Shown here: positions 28,149-42,070 of the stretch, in pieces | How the letters are laid out: every line of letters starts with the position of its first letter | Numbering within the stretch: position 1 is the stretch's first letter | Assembly: GCA_951406725.2 (NCBI GenBank) | Contig: OX597834.1 | Span: 33,170,001-33,234,000 of the forward strand | Source: Octopus vulgaris | Lineage: Eukaryota | Direction of reading: 5' to 3' | DNA: 64,000 nucleotides | Program-made: the position numbers and the translations under genes | Notes under the pieces: model-generated | Database searches by the model: none | What the model was told of the DNA's origin: nothing | What the model saw: only the letters and a program-made list of their open reading frames with translations

Positions 28149-31100
28149 ATATATATAAAGTGGTCAGTTCTTACACTCATGCTATTCCCTCTTGTGTCCC
28201 CATATCATATTTTTCCAATCTGCAGAGAAACAACTAAATTGATACTGTGTTGACTAAGATCCCCTTTGACTGGACCCTGATGTTTGTAATACAAAGTGTT
28301 AACACGCTATGCAAATTAGTAGCCCCACTTTTCTACAGCTATTATAATCATTGAATATTTAAACAGATTGTCTGCTTGTTTCTCCGGAATTGGTCAAATT
28401 CTCTGATGAGAATCCAATATGATTTGAAAATTGATTGATGTTGTTTATTATTTTTCTTAATCTGTGGAGAGACAGCTAAATTAGTCTTGTTTATAAAGCT
28501 GCAATGTAGGTTATGTATTATATTAAGGGACAAATCAGTTCAGAGAAGATAATGAAATCTATTCACGAGGCTATCGTTGGCTCGGAACTATGTCCTTTGC
28601 CCAAAGTGCTGCACTGTGGGACTGAACCTGAAGCCACATGGTTTGGAAACAAATTTCTTAACCGTACAGCCACACCTGTGCCAATGACACTATGATGAAG
28701 AATGGTGACCTGTGGTACCCAGCAAATATGATAGCAAAGACAGGATGGTTACAGTTGAATTTCCTTTGCCCATGGGTCTGTTCAATAATGGTTGACTTGG
28801 GATTAAACAACAACCACAATTACAGGTGCCACTATGTGGTTGTTCAACCTGCTAGAAATAGCAGCCAGATCTCTCCCACAAATTATGCCCTATCATCTCG
28901 GAGAAATGCTATGATACATTGAATAATGTAATCCTAGATACACTCTGCCTGAATAAAAGACAAGATAGTTGTGGCTCTGGGATACAATAGGTCATAATCT
29001 TGCTGGATCAGGTCTGGCCTTAACAACCATCTGCTTCCACCACCACCACCAGAAACAAGCTGTTGCTATAAAATCAATAAGCCAACTAAATGATACACAC
29101 ACCATACACACACATATAAACTCACACCTCATGTACAGGTGATTTATGAGAGACAATAGAGCTACCTGTTACAGATATCTAAAAATGTCATTTTATCTTC
29201 TGGCTTTTTCTTTGTGGTGGTCGTGGTGGAAGGGGAGTTGTTGGTGGTGAGAGTAGTGGTGTTTGTACTGCAGGTCAGGTGTTGTCGATATTGTAGGTAG
29301 ATTAGCCCTCAATAAACTGACCACTTCTGAAAGGCATTCCAGCCCTTAGATTATCTCAGAGATTGAGTATAGCCCCACCCCCACCCAGTAACATTAGTTG
29401 TGTGTCTTATGAACTTATATATATATATATATGTATAGCTGCAGGGGTGGCTATGTGGTAAGTAGCTTGCTTACCAATCACATGGTTCTAGGTTCAGTCC
29501 CACTGCGTGGCACCTTTGGCAAGTGTCTTCCACTATAGCTTTGGGCCGACCAAAGCCTTGTAAGTAGATTTGGTGAATGGAAACTGAAAGAAGCCCATCA
29601 TATATATATATAATCATCATCATCATCATTGTTTAACATCCACTTTCCATGCTAGCATGGGTTGGACGATTTTGACTGAGGGCTGGTGAACCAGATGGCT
29701 GCACCAGGCTCAAAAGGCACCATTCGAGTGTGATCATTACCAGCGTCACCTTACTGGCACTTGTGCCCGTGCTAATAGGGTGCCAAGAGCACCATCCGAG
29801 CGTGATTGTTACCAACGTCGCCTTACTGGCACCTGTGCCGGTGGCATGTGTAAAAAGATTCGAGCAAGGTCATTGCCAGTACCGCCTGACTGGCCCCCAT
29901 GCCGGTGGCACGTAAAAAGCACCCACTACACTCTCGGAGTGGTTGGCATTAGGAAGGGCATCCAGCCTTAGAAACACTGCCAGATCAAGATTGGATATAT
30001 GTATGTGTGTGTTTGTGTTTGTCCCCCTACCATTGCTTATGTGCAGAGTTGGTGTCGTGGTTGCTATTGTTTAGTCCCAGGTCAATCTTTATTGAGCAGA
30101 CCTCTGATCAAATGCATTCCAGCTATGACCATCATATCTTTTCCCTGTGTGCAATGTGCACTGGCCTCATAATCCAAGGGGACATTAAGATGTGATTTGC
30201 AGAAAATTTAGCTACTGTTTCCAGCATAGGTGACCCAAAAATAGAGTGGTTATTTAGTATGCCAGGCTTCATGCCTCGTTGCACAGGCTTTGATGTTGTG
30301 AAATACCTGCTATACCTGTCTGTTTTATTCAGACTTGTTTACCACTGAGAGCACCAGCACCACTGTCATTCCTACCTTACAGACACACCTTCACTTACCT
30401 GAGCCAGCGAGGAGATAGCTAGGCTGTCACTCACCCTGTCTGAGATGGCAGCCGAATCTGCCTCAAATCTCATCCCTTCAAAAAATGGCAACACACATTA
30501 GATAATGTAGAAGAAAAGTGAACAGAAAACTGATTGTGACAGGATTACACCTGATCATAGGTCCACTGGATCAAGGCTAACCTGGGGTTAAACAATTACA
30601 ATCTTTGACCCTGACTTTGGATAATGTAACCCTAGATGCATAATGCCTGGGAAAAGAACAGGCTGGTTGACAAGGTCTGCTGGATCTAAGCTGACCTGGG
30701 GTTTAACAATAAATATCTTTGAAGCTCACTTTCAATAATGTAGTCCTAGATACACAATGCCTGCAGAAAGAACAGGTTGGTTATTGTTGGATTGATATTA
30801 ATCACATGTCAACTGGATTAGGCTGACAACAGCCTTGGAAGGACACTATTGATAATATAGTCCTAGATACACAATGCCTGATGTCTATTGTATCAGAGCT
30901 AAGCAACAACATTCACCCTCAACAACTTAAGACCATTATGCAATAAAATATTCAAAGCATAGCTAATTATTTTAGTATTCAATATATTTATATATCATAC
31001 ATGTCACATTGTCATAATTTATATATAAATAGATAGGGAGATAGATAGATAGATATGTCATACATAGATCTTCATCATTTTTTAGCAGACATAAAAAAAT

Positions 31101-31455
31101 TTTATTTACTTCTTTCTCTCTCTCTCTTGTATGTGTATGTATCTTTCTGTGTTCTAAATCTAAAATGAAGACAAACACCAGTTTCTCTGTGTGATCAGCT
31201 TGAAAGATATTTTCTTAACATGAAACCAATGGTAACCTTTATCCACCAACGCAGTATTGAGTGTCATTGTTTGACATTTACATATATGTGTATATATGCG
31301 TGTGTGTCTAACCCATGCTAGCATAGAAAACGGACGTAAAACAATGATGATGATGATATATAATCCAAGTCATGCCCAGTGAAGCACATCTGCATGTTTA
31401 CATTAATAAAATCCATGGCTTTTAAAAATGTATCAAATTTTCCACTCTTCAGTTT

Positions 31456-31510
<55 letters not shown>

Positions 31511-31514
31511 TAAA

Positions 31515-31720
31515 GTTAATCCAAACATGAAAACACAAAGAGAAAACACAACAACGCGAGGACGTGGAACAAATATACCATTATTGGAAGCTCAGGAAGG
31601 AAGGGAAGAAGGAGGGTTTTACGTTTCGAGCAGAGCTCTTCGTCAGAAACATAGGAAAAGGAAAGATCCAGAGAAGGGAAGACGGAGGGGAAAAAATCGC
31701 CAACGGTACACATGAGGTCA
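31515..31720 (-). mobile_element. Penelope-like terminal-repeat remnant carrying a hammerhead. Same family at 10375-10590(+) and 22900-23092(+).
   Basis: Three diverged ~200-bp copies ending in TGTTTGGATTAAC. Two abut (TA)n, and each carries the hammerhead motif. Confidence 0.65.
31616..31650 (-). ncRNA. Minimal hammerhead motif with intact core
   Basis: GTTT-CTGACGA-A-GAGC(tct)GCTC-GAAA-CG-TA-AAAC. Confidence 0.7.
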
Positions 31721-31906
31721 CATACACACTCACATACATAATGGTTCCAATTATTTTGTGAATTAGAGGATGAACTGGTTCTTTGCATTCTAAGGTCAGT
31801 GTTGCTACAGTCAATGACCCTGTGCCTCTCTGGTGCTTTGCTTTATAAACCCCTGTGGGACGAAAGGTAAAGCAGAGCTTGAGTACATTTCAAGTCAGAG
31901 CATGAC

Positions 31907-32195
31907 ATGCTGGTCGCAAACACTCTACAGAGCACTTTATCTGATGCTCAGTTCCACCAGCTCATGTGTAGGTTATATATACACAGATACAGAGATGTCC
32001 ATTTAGCCTTCCAGGAGGCCTTTTCCCATCTCTTGGATGCCACTCAGCAACTGCACATGTCCACCTGGTGTCTGTGTACCTTTCTGCAATCATGCCCTTC
32101 ACTCTGCTCCATTCTTGAACAACCTCATTCCAGATATGTTCTTGCAATGATATTCCTAGCCTGGACCTTTCCCATGGTGCTTTGCATCAAACCTA
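31907..32195 (-). mobile_element. Degenerate RTE 3' fragment
   Basis: DTRWTCAVAEWHPRDGKRPPGR motif. Confidence 0.65.
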
Positions 32196-33235
32196 ATCAT
32201 GGGGGGAGGGGGATGTAGCTTTTAACTTTTGTTTGTTTCAGTCATAGACTGTGGCCATGCTGGGGCACCACCTTGAAGATTTTTTTTTAGTCGAATATAT
32301 CAATCCCCGTATTTATTCTTTCCTTAAGCCGGATATTTATTCTATCAGTTTCTTTTACTGAACTACTAAGTTACAGGATGTAAACACACCAACACCGGTT
32401 GCCAAGCAGTGGTGGGGGACAAACACAGGCACAAAGACACACACACACACATATATATACATACAATGGGCTTCTTTCAGTTTCCATCTGCCAAATCCAC
32501 TCACAAGGCTTCAGTCAGCCCAAGGTGCCATGCAGTGGGACTGAACCCAGGACCATATGACTGGGAAGCAAGCTTCTTACTACACAGCCATACTTGTGCC
32601 CCCCCCCCCATACACACACACACACACACAAACCCATACACCCACACACACGCAAACCCAACTTCTCACCCACCTGTAAATACATTACTTATTTAGGTCT
32701 GTGAGTGAAAGTTGTTGTTGTTTAGCTCTTAATCCAACAGACCTCAGGCATTATGTATCTTGGACTACATTATCAAAGGTGCCCTTGCCCTTCTGGGGTT
32801 GTTGTTTAACCCCTAAGTTCTCGGCCTTGTTTAACTGTTAACAGGTTCCACTTTAACCTAATCAGACCTCCTGACACAACCACCACCACCATCCACATTT
32901 TGCCAATAAACTGCAACTTGGGATTACATGAAAAATGCTATTATACCACCACCACCACCACCACCACCACCACTGGCTTATTCTGCACTGAGTCTGCTTT
33001 AAACAATTTATATATAAATAGCACAGTGATTGTTTTATTGCTTTTTTTAGTGTGTGTGTGTGAATGAGTATTTATGTGTCTGTCAGCGTTTGTGTATTTT
33101 GGTCCCTAGAGATGGTGGCTTTATCCATTGCCTTTACAGACTTTCCAAGACCAGGAAGATGTCTGTGTGTCTGCGTGTGTGTGTGTGTGTAGTTAATTGT
33201 TCTCGTGACATCTGGATATTCTTTCTCTCCTCCAG

Positions 33236-33316
33236 GTTCAAGACGGTTCTCCTGGCCATAAAGCTGGACTAGAAGCATTCTTTGATTTCATTGTCGCCAT
33301 TGACAACACAAGACTG
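33236..33316 (+). CDS. GORASP2: GRASP exon 2 ([27 protein letters not shown]), PDZ1
   Basis: Polypyrimidine tract plus CAG acceptor, GTAAGT donor, 81 nt, phase 0-0. Confidence 0.96.
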
Positions 33317-33463
33317 GTAAGTCGCCTCTACTCGTCCTTTTCTCTCTCTCTCTCTCTCTTATCAATGTTTGCTTATTATTTCCTATAATGTACGAGCCAA
33401 ACATCTCAACTAGCTGCATCTCTCTGTCTATACAACAGAGCCAGCCTCTGTCTCTCTCTTCTT

Positions 33464-33494
<31 letters not shown>

Positions 33495-34060
33495 CTCTCT
33501 CTCTCTTTCTCTCTTCTCTCTCTCTCCACTTTGAATGCTTTCTCTTACCTCTTTTTTTCTTTAAATTATGCAAATTACCTAAGTGATTACATTTTCCTAT
33601 TCATGCCTTGTACAAGTCTGGAGAACTGATGATGGCTACTGATCCAGAAACACCTGTCCACACCTGTCCTTCTTATCTCCTGACACTCAGCCTGTCCTCT
33701 TCCTCAATGGCATATCTGTTCTGGAGAATTCTTAACTCTCGAGATTATCTCCCCTTTCTCAAGTGGATTTGGTTTTAATTGCCTTTTGGTAATTACTACC
33801 TCCATCCTCTAGAGACACAAGTAATTTTCAATTTATCAGAAATTTTTATTGTATGGTATTTAACATACCAATATTTGTCTATTTTATTCAAACGCATGCC
33901 ATTGGTCACTTTCATTTGTCGTAGCTCATTTTTCCTTAGCCCTTGCACAAGTCCTTTCATTTATTTCTTATGATAACCACATACACACAATCCTTTTCCA
34001 ACCCTTGGGTCATTCACATTCCTCTTCACTGACTATTTTTTTTAAACTACCACTATTAGT

Positions 34061-34465
34061 AGGCGTAGGGGTGGCTGTGTGGTAAGTAGCTTGCTTACGA
34101 ACCACATGGTTCCGGGTTCAGTCCCACTGTGTGGCACCTTGGGCAAGTGTCTTCTACTATAGCCTCGGGCCGACCAAAGCCTTGTGAGTGGATTTAGTAG
34201 ACGGAAACTGAAAGAAGCCTGTTGTGTATATATATATATGTATGTATATGTTTGTGTGTCTGTGTTTGTCCCCCCCAACATCGCTTGACAACTGATGCTG
34301 GTGTGTTTACGTCCCCGTAACTTAGCGGTTCGGCAAAAGAGACCGATAGAATAAGTACTAGGCTTACAAAGAATAAGTCCTGGGGTCGATTTGCTCGACT
34401 AAAGGCGGTGCTCCAGCATGGCCACAGTCAAATGACTGAAACAAATAAAAGAGAGAGTAAAGAGT
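34061..34465 (+). mobile_element. tRNA-derived SINE family A (CORE-like segment, internal TA/TG microsatellite, GAGTAAA-type tail), representative copy
   Basis: TGGCTGTGTGG A-box, GGTTCAGTCCC B-box, ACCTTGGGCAAGT. Further copies near 6390-6990(-), 10060-10290(-), 11263-11680, 15650-16240, 16881-17170, 29440-29600, 32225-32600(-), 51010-51355, 54860-55060(-) and 60285-60505. Confidence 0.9.
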
Positions 34466-35210
34466 ATTATAGTGAGGGCACATTGCCTGATGGTTAAAGT
34501 GTTGTCCTCGCAAGCATAAGGTCATGGTTTCAAATCCTGTTCTGGGTGGCATGTTGTTTTCTTGAACAAGACACTTCATTTCACATTGCCCCAGTCCACT
34601 CAGCTGTAAATGAATTCCAACAATAGGTGGGGAAGTTAACTCTGCGACAGACCAGCATCCCTTCCAGGTGGTGTAGGATGTTGGGATTTAGTTACTTATA
34701 CATCACGGAAACAGAGCCAAGCTCCAACCTGTTGACTCGTAGAACTCCTGACCGGCCTAAATCCTAAGCCTGTTATAATGGCCTCTGCTCCACTGAGTTA
34801 TGCCAACCCTGTTATTTCTACAAACAGAACAAAACATTAAAAATAACACTCAAGACTATCTTTGCACTTTCCAAGACATATTTTTTGTTCTTCTTTTACT
34901 TATTTCAATCATCGAACTGCAGATCTTCTCAGATATTGCCTTGAATGACCCCAGCTCCCCCACTTTTTTTTTCTTTTGTCAGTTTATCAAATCTGATACT
35001 TATTCTCTCAGACTCTTTTGCCAAAATTCGAAATTATGGGAAGCACAAAGAAACCAAAACCATTTGACAAGCAACGGTGGGAAACAAACAAACACACACA
35101 CACACACACATTTATATTGAGGTTTGCATTTATGTCAAGTTATGATAAAAGTAATTTGACATGAAACCGAAGAATTATTCAATACTTCTTAGCAGAGTGC
35201 ATATATTTAA

Positions 35211-35424
35211 CCCTTTAGAATTCAAAATCAGCCATATCAGACCCAAATATTCTACCTTTTTTAACTGGCCAGATCCTGCCCCTCACATCAACCTTACAAT
35301 GCCATTCTGAAAATAAGCAACCACGTCATCGATCTCTCAAAGCTGTGAGGTAATGCATGATTAATTCCAAGCAATGGGAAAAAATAAGCATCAAATTTGA
35401 CAGAGTAATCTGAATGCTAAAGGG
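35211..35424. mobile_element. piggyBac-type MITE family 2
   Basis: TTAA|CCCTTTAG.ATTCA...TGAATGCTAAAGGG|TTAA. Relatives at 19940-20167, 50395-50573, 57055-57217 and 58171-58282. Confidence 0.85.
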
Positions 35425-35498
35425 TTAATAAACTTTTACAAGAAGATGGACTGTTTTTTGAAGTTCCAGCCTGTTAGCCTCCTCATATACAGCAGGCT

Positions 35499-35887
35499 GT
35501 GGAGGCGCAATGGCGTAGTGGTTTGGGCAGCGGACTCGCGGTCGTAGGATCGCGGTTTCGATTCCCAGACCGGGCGTTGTGAGTGTTTATTGAGCGAAAA
35601 CACCTAAAGCTCCACAAGACTCCGGCAGGGGATGGCGGTGATCCCTGCTGTACTCTTTCACCACAACTTTCTCTCACTCTTACTTCCTGTTTCTGTTGTA
35701 CCTGTATTTCAAAGGGCCGGCCTTGTCACTCTCTGTCACGCTGAATATCCCCGAGAACTACGTTAAGGGTACACGTGTTTGTGGAGTGCTCAGCCACTTA
35801 CATGTTAATTTCATGAGCAGGCTGTTCCGTTGATCGGATCAACCGGAACCCTCGTCGTCGAGACCGACGGAGTGCTTCCATCCATCC
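35499..35887 (+). mobile_element. Full-length tRNA-derived SINE, family B
   Basis: Pol III A/B boxes, (TCCA)n tail, 12-bp TSD ATACAGCAGGCT at 35487-35498 and 35888-35899. Confidence 0.9.
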
Positions 35888-38800
35888 ATACAGCAGGCTT
35901 CTGCACAGTTTCCATAGACCAAGTTCACTCACAAAGCATTGGTTGGTCTGGAGCTATAACTGATAACACTTTCCAAAGGTGTCACACAGTAGGACTGAAC
36001 CCAAAGCCACATGGTTACAAGGTGGACTTTTTAACCACACAGCCATGTCGGTGCCTTTATGATAGGAATTTTTATTAGATTCTCATCGTTAAGAGTAGAA
36101 ATTATTATTTATTTAATTATACTTTTTGTTTTTACATCATCAACTTAAATGTATTTGGGGCAGAGAGAAGGGTCCTCTCTGCTAAATGGAGCTGAATATG
36201 GACTTTAGGATCCAATGTTATTCAAAAGATGATTATTCCTTAACCCTAGGTTAGCCCTCAAGTGGAATTAATCAAAGAAACTGCAGCTGTGACGGTCTTG
36301 TTGTTTTGTACAATAAGGATTACATTTTCTCTTACATCTTTGTGTAAGGCAGTAAGGTGTGATCTGAAAGGGATTTGGCTGCTATTTTTAGCAGGCTGAG
36401 TAATGACTGGGGTTCCTTCTTTGATCCATGTTCACTTGCTCATTCAACAAGTTTTTTTAAAATTCAAGTCAACAAGGAAGGCCTCTCTACATTGTCTCTC
36501 AATCTGCAAAAAATAGCAGCTAAATCTCCCTCAAAATCATACCCTACTATACAATAAAATGGTCCTCATTTAATGTCTGTTTTCCATTTAAGCCAGAGGA
36601 CTGCACTGATGTCTTTTTGGCATGGTTTGAACAGCTGGATGCCTTTCCTAATGCCAACCACTTCAGAGAGTGTAGGGGGTGCTTTTTACATGGCAATCGG
36701 CGCTAGTGATGCCACCAAGTAACTTGTGAGACAAACCCTCCTCCTCAACTGAGGGTGGAGTAAAGAGAGAAATATTGAGGGAAGTGGCTTTATGCCAGGT
36801 GATATGAGGTTAAGATATGATAGGGAGGAGGGACCGGAACAGGTGTCATAGTGTAGGGGAGGTGCATGGTTACCTCAGTTTGAAAAGAAAGGTGTTGGTG
36901 ATGTAGATGCATCAGTTAAAAGAAGATGAAAAAGAAAGGAAGGATACTTTAAATAATGTAGTCCTAGGTACACCGTACGTCGGTGGGGGGAAATAACATC
37001 TACAGCAAAACAGGTTGAAGGGGTCAGTTGTTATGAAAGGACTTCAACAATAGAAAGCAATTAACAAATTAACGTAACGTAACGAGAGAAGTCATAGGTT
37101 TGTGATTAATTAATTAAAATGACCCCAGTCATTATCTTAATGACTTCATCTAATCAGAAGCGAGACACTGGCTCTCCAAACCACAAATAAATACTATCGT
37201 TAGGTGTAACGATTTTAATGACATCAATTTACTAATTATGAAGAGTTGATTTGTTGCCAGTGTTAGAAATGTAACAAGGCAAGCGGACAGAATCAATAGC
37301 ACACCAGGTAGAATGCTTAGTGGCATTTTGTTCATCTTGACATTGTGGGTTCAAATTTTGCCACAGGCAACATTGATTTTCTTTTTTTTTTGTGGGTGGG
37401 TGGGGGCAATCAAATGAGTCCTGGTTGAGCTCTAGGGGTCAATGTAATTGACTAAGCCCTCTATGGAAATTGCTGGCCTTGCGTCAAAATTTGAAATCAA
37501 TATTAGAAATGGTCTTATCATCATAATCATCATCATTGTTATTCAAACGTCAACTTCTCCATGCTTGCATGGTGTATAAGTGACTGAGGTCATACCATTC
37601 CTTCTCAATGGGGTGCAAGTCTGTCGCCTGTTTACTCATTTACAGCTGAGTGGACTGGGACAACCTGAAGTATATACGTATATCATCAATTCAGCATCTC
37701 CTTGATTGCATGGGTCAGATGAGATTTGTTGAGGTAGAATTTTCAACAGCTGGATGCTCTTCCTGTCACCAACTCTCACCTGTTTTCAAGGGAGGTAATA
37801 TGTGTCCCTAGTGCAGGCATGCTTTCACTGAAGACTGCAAACAAAAGTCACCGCTTTGTATGATCCAGATCCTTATCTACAATTAACAAGCACAATATCA
37901 ACACAAACACACACAAACAAGCACATCATCATCCTCATCCTTATCATCATCATTGAAAATATCTGTGGAATGGTCTCCTCAGTCATTAATAAATATCAAT
38001 TATATTGTGTTCTGCCTCTATCTATCTCTCTTGATAATTTGTCCACCACAGAGTCCAGGAGCTAGCCAACATGGTGAAAAGGTTCTTGTATGTACTTTCT
38101 ATTTTCTACCCGCCGGCCTCCCTTTTTGCTTCACGATTCTCCTGTTCAAGGCAGATCAATCAGTTTGGCCCAAGGGTTTCTTTCTATTTATTCTCCTTGC
38201 ATGTCTCTTGACCTGTTTTCCTTTTTATCTTCAACTTTTTTTAATACTTCGTAAAAGGATTGCACTGTGTGTGTGTGTGTTTATATTTGTATCTATATAT
38301 GCATGTATACATCTATGTGTAAGCAAATATATAAATATAGAAACACATACATATAAACATATATAAAGAAGATAAAAATAGAAAAGCAAAACAAGGAAAG
38401 TTATATGGAGGAGACAGGCATATATAGCTAGTAAAATGTGTGATGGAAAAGTGTAGAAATATATAGCAAAACAACTATCACCAAAGAAGTGTACATATAT
38501 TCTGAAGGAAGGCATCTAGCCATAGAAACCATGCCAAAGCAGACAATAGAACTTGATGCAGTCCTCTGGTCTACCAGCTCTTGTCAAACCATCCCACACA
38601 TGCCAGCATGGAAGACAGATATTAAATGATGTTGCTATTCTTGGTGTGTGTGTGTGTGTGTATAATGTAAAGAATTTATTGAAAGCCAGATTCTTGCACA
38701 TCATCACTCTGAGTTTCTTGTTCCTGATTTTTAGATGTTAGTGAAAAACAAAACAAAGTATTTTATAATAAAATAGTGAGCATTGGTTTTGCTTGTAGAA

Positions 38801-38890
38801 TGCAACAGATATACAGATGTAACAAATATTGTCTGGAAGTTGTAAATATACTTTTCTTCTAGCATTGTTATTATAAAAATTATTTGACAA

Positions 38891-39272
38891 AGGCGCAGGA
38901 GTGGCTGTGTGGTAAGTAGCTTGCTAACCAACCACATGGTTCCGGGTTCAGTCCCACTGCGTGGCATCTTGGGCAAGTGTCTTCTGCTATAGCCCCGGGC
39001 CGACGTAAACTGAAAGAAGCCTGTCGTATATATGTATATATATATATATATGTATATGTATGTATGTGTCTGTGTGTCTGTGTTTGTCCCCCTAGCATTG
39101 CTTGACAACTGATGCTGGTGTGTTTACATCCCCGTAACTTAGCAGTTCGGCAAAAGAGACCGATAGAATAAGTACTGGGCTTACAAAGAATAAGTCCCGG
39201 GGTCGATTTGCTCGACTAAAGGCGGTGCTCCAGCATGGCCACAGTCAAATGACTGAAACAAGTAAAGAGTAA
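38891..39272 (+). mobile_element. SINE family A copy
   Basis: Near-identical to the copy at 34061, with an internal deletion. Confidence 0.88.
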
Positions 39273-39553
39273 ACAAAACAAAGAGATGACTCATCAAAAA
39301 GAGTAAAATGTTAACATTTCAAAAGCCATAAGTTAGAAATTAAATGCTTCCAATATGTGTGAATTTGTTCATGAAATGTCTGAAAAAGTTAAATTCTTAT
39401 CAATTATTTAGTCCATTCTAAGACAAAACAGCCATGTTTTCATTGATTGAGTGAGCGGGGCAATTTAAGTTTAGAATGAAAATGTCCACATGTTATAATA
39501 TATGAAATGATGCAAGGCCTAGAATCAAAAAGTATATTCTGAAGGTGCTAGAC

Positions 39554-39588
<35 letters not shown>

Positions 39589-39653
39589 TAGTTTTATTGA
39601 AGCATTGTGTGGAATAACTTTAAAGAAAACAGAACAAAGATGCAGTTTCATCT

Positions 39654-39779
39654 TGTATTTCTATATTTTGGGGTGCAGACCCCTTCTTCAGGACATTTGG
39701 TAAAAATGGTTGTTCAAAAAAGTCAATTTTTTCCAAATGTCCTGAAGAAGGGGTCTGCACCCCAAAATATAGAAATACA
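39654..39779. repeat. Perfect 47-bp inverted repeat with hammerhead-like cores
   Basis: 39654-39700 is the exact reverse complement of 39733-39779. Confidence 0.9.
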
Positions 39780-39872
39780 TGGTAAACCTGCCACTTTTTG
39801 TTTTGTTTTCTTTGTGTAGTTTACTTTGTACCTTCTTGCATTGTTCCAGCCTCAAACAACCACCTTCTTTAA

Positions 39873-39921
<49 letters not shown>

Positions 39922-41845
39922 GATTTTTCCTTCCTTTTCTCTTCCTTTGTTATGTATGAGTTGTGTTTAGTTTCTTTTTGGTGGGTGGGGGAGTGGCCTG
40001 TAAATTTGAAGCTCATTGTCAATGGGGTAGTCACATAACAGAGTTATGTACCTTGATTCAAGGGCACATAATACATTACCCATAATGCAAAATCTGGATG
40101 AATGAACACCTTCCTGTGACCAACCACTTGACTGAGTGGTTAGATTGCTGCGAACCTCCTTCCAGTGAGGTTAATCTAATTATGTACTTTGCCTGCAGAA
40201 ACCCCAGAAAGGGGAAGAGGGTCTGTCTGTGGTGTTGCCCTTTAAACTACACGGCCATCAATTTGGTCTGGCATTTAAGAGAAATAGTGTCCTGATTATA
40301 GTTCCAGAAAGTTCGGCCAGTCTGTAAAACCATCAGCCACTGATTGAGAAACGTAGATTAACCACGAAGATCTCTTGAGATTTTTTTTCAAGACAATTTT
40401 CATCAAGAATGAAGTTGATGGTAAACCAAGTCCCAAATCAGGAACTCCATTTGGAATTTGTTTCCTCATTAATGGAACTCTCTGCAGTTTTAGCTGAGTA
40501 TTTCAGTTGCTTGATCAATGGCTCTTACTCATCGTATTATCGTATGTAAGTGGCTGAGTATTCCTCAGATATTTCCTTCCTCTTTCCCCTGATCTTCTGG
40601 CAAACTCACCATGGTACTGTTTGTATAAATGCAGGCATGGTCTTCTGGTTAAGAATTTCACTTCCCAACCACATGGTTTTTGGTTCAGTCCCACTGCAAG
40701 GCACTTGTAGCCAGTGGCTTCTAATATAGCTGTTGGCTGACCAAAGTCTTAAGTATAGGTTTTGATAGACAGAAACTAAAAGAAGCCTACCTTGCATGGG
40801 TCTGTGTTTGTGTCTCCTTATCTTGGCATCATGTGATAGTTGTAAGCAAGAGTCACTGTCATACAAGCAGTGTTGTTTTCAGTCTGCCATGAAAACATGT
40901 CTGGCTACAGGTAAATATTAACTTAGCCTACAAACCGGTGAGGATTGGTGACAAGAAGAGCATCTGGCCATAGAAAATCTGCTTCAATAAACTGCATTTG
41001 GCCCATTTGGGTAGAGGTGCATGGCTTGGTGGTTAGGGATGTTGGATTCATGACTGTAAAATTGTGGTTTCGATTCCTGAACTGAGTGACGCATTGTGTT
41101 CTTGAGCAAAACACTTCACTTCACACTGCTCCAGTCCACTCAGCTGGCAAAAATGAGTCGTCCTGCGACAGACCAGTGTCCCATGCAGGTGGGCTTTACG
41201 CCATGGAGACCAGGAAAACCAGCCCTTAAGAGTCAGTAGGGCCCAAGAAGGTAACTATATCTTACCTATCTGGCACATGCAAACATAGAAAAGTGAGCAT
41301 TAAAAATGATGATGACCAGGAGGTCTGGTCTGTCTAACAGGCTTCCATACAGTTTCCATCAGCCCAGTTTCACTCCTATCATTCCTTGGCTCAGCTCAAG
41401 ACTACAGTAGTACAGACCTTCGTCCCACAATATGCTGAGTAATGGGATTGAACCAAAGACATCATGGTTGCAAACCAAACTTTTCAACCGTTCAGTGATT
41501 CATCCTCTCCCACCCTCACATCCACTCATACTACTCCTTTCCCCCCTCCTGCTGCCCTCTGAAATATATTATTTAAAAAACCAAACACAACTTGTCAATC
41601 TAAGTTTGCCACCTCCCTTTATATTCAGCTGTTGTCTTGGTGACGGGAATCAAACGCTAAGGTCCAGGAGCTTGCTTAAATTTTTATACACATATAATAT
41701 ATATATATATACATTTTTAAGGTATTTATATGGTAATACTAAGTTTTTTTTCTAATCTTTATAAAACAGTTTTGCAGTGTATTTTGAATCAATATTTATT
41801 GTAATATATTTGTAAATGACGTATATTGAAGTATGGTTGCTGTAA

Positions 41846-42070
41846 AGCGAGCTGGCAGAATCGTTAGCACGCCGGGCGAAATGCTTAGCGGTATTGAGTC
41901 TGTCATTGCGTTCTGAGTTCAGATTCCGCCGAGGTCGACTTTGCCTTTCATCCTTTCGGGGTCGATAAATTAAGTACCAGTTACGCACTGGGGTCGATGT
42001 AATCGACTTAATCCGTTTGTCTGTCCTTGTTTGTCCCCTCTGTGTTTAGCCCCTTGTGGGCAATAAAGAA
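41846..42070 (+). mobile_element. SINE family C (GAGCTGGCAGAATCG head, GAGTTCA.ATTCC B-box), representative copy
   Basis: Many related copies: 1650-1860, 24600-24800(-), 25800-26130(-), 46410-46615, and clusters at 53180-53700 and 55500-55860. Confidence 0.85.

Noticed and set aside
35501-35575. tRNA-like sequence (also 2670-2740, 4941-5012, 19225-19290)
   Set aside because: These are SINE heads continuous with the SINE body and, where visible, flanked by TSDs. They are not tRNA genes.
40040-40480. Unique-looking, coding-like intronic stretch
   Set aside because: Stops in all frames I tried. Possibly an old LINE remnant, but I could not assign it.
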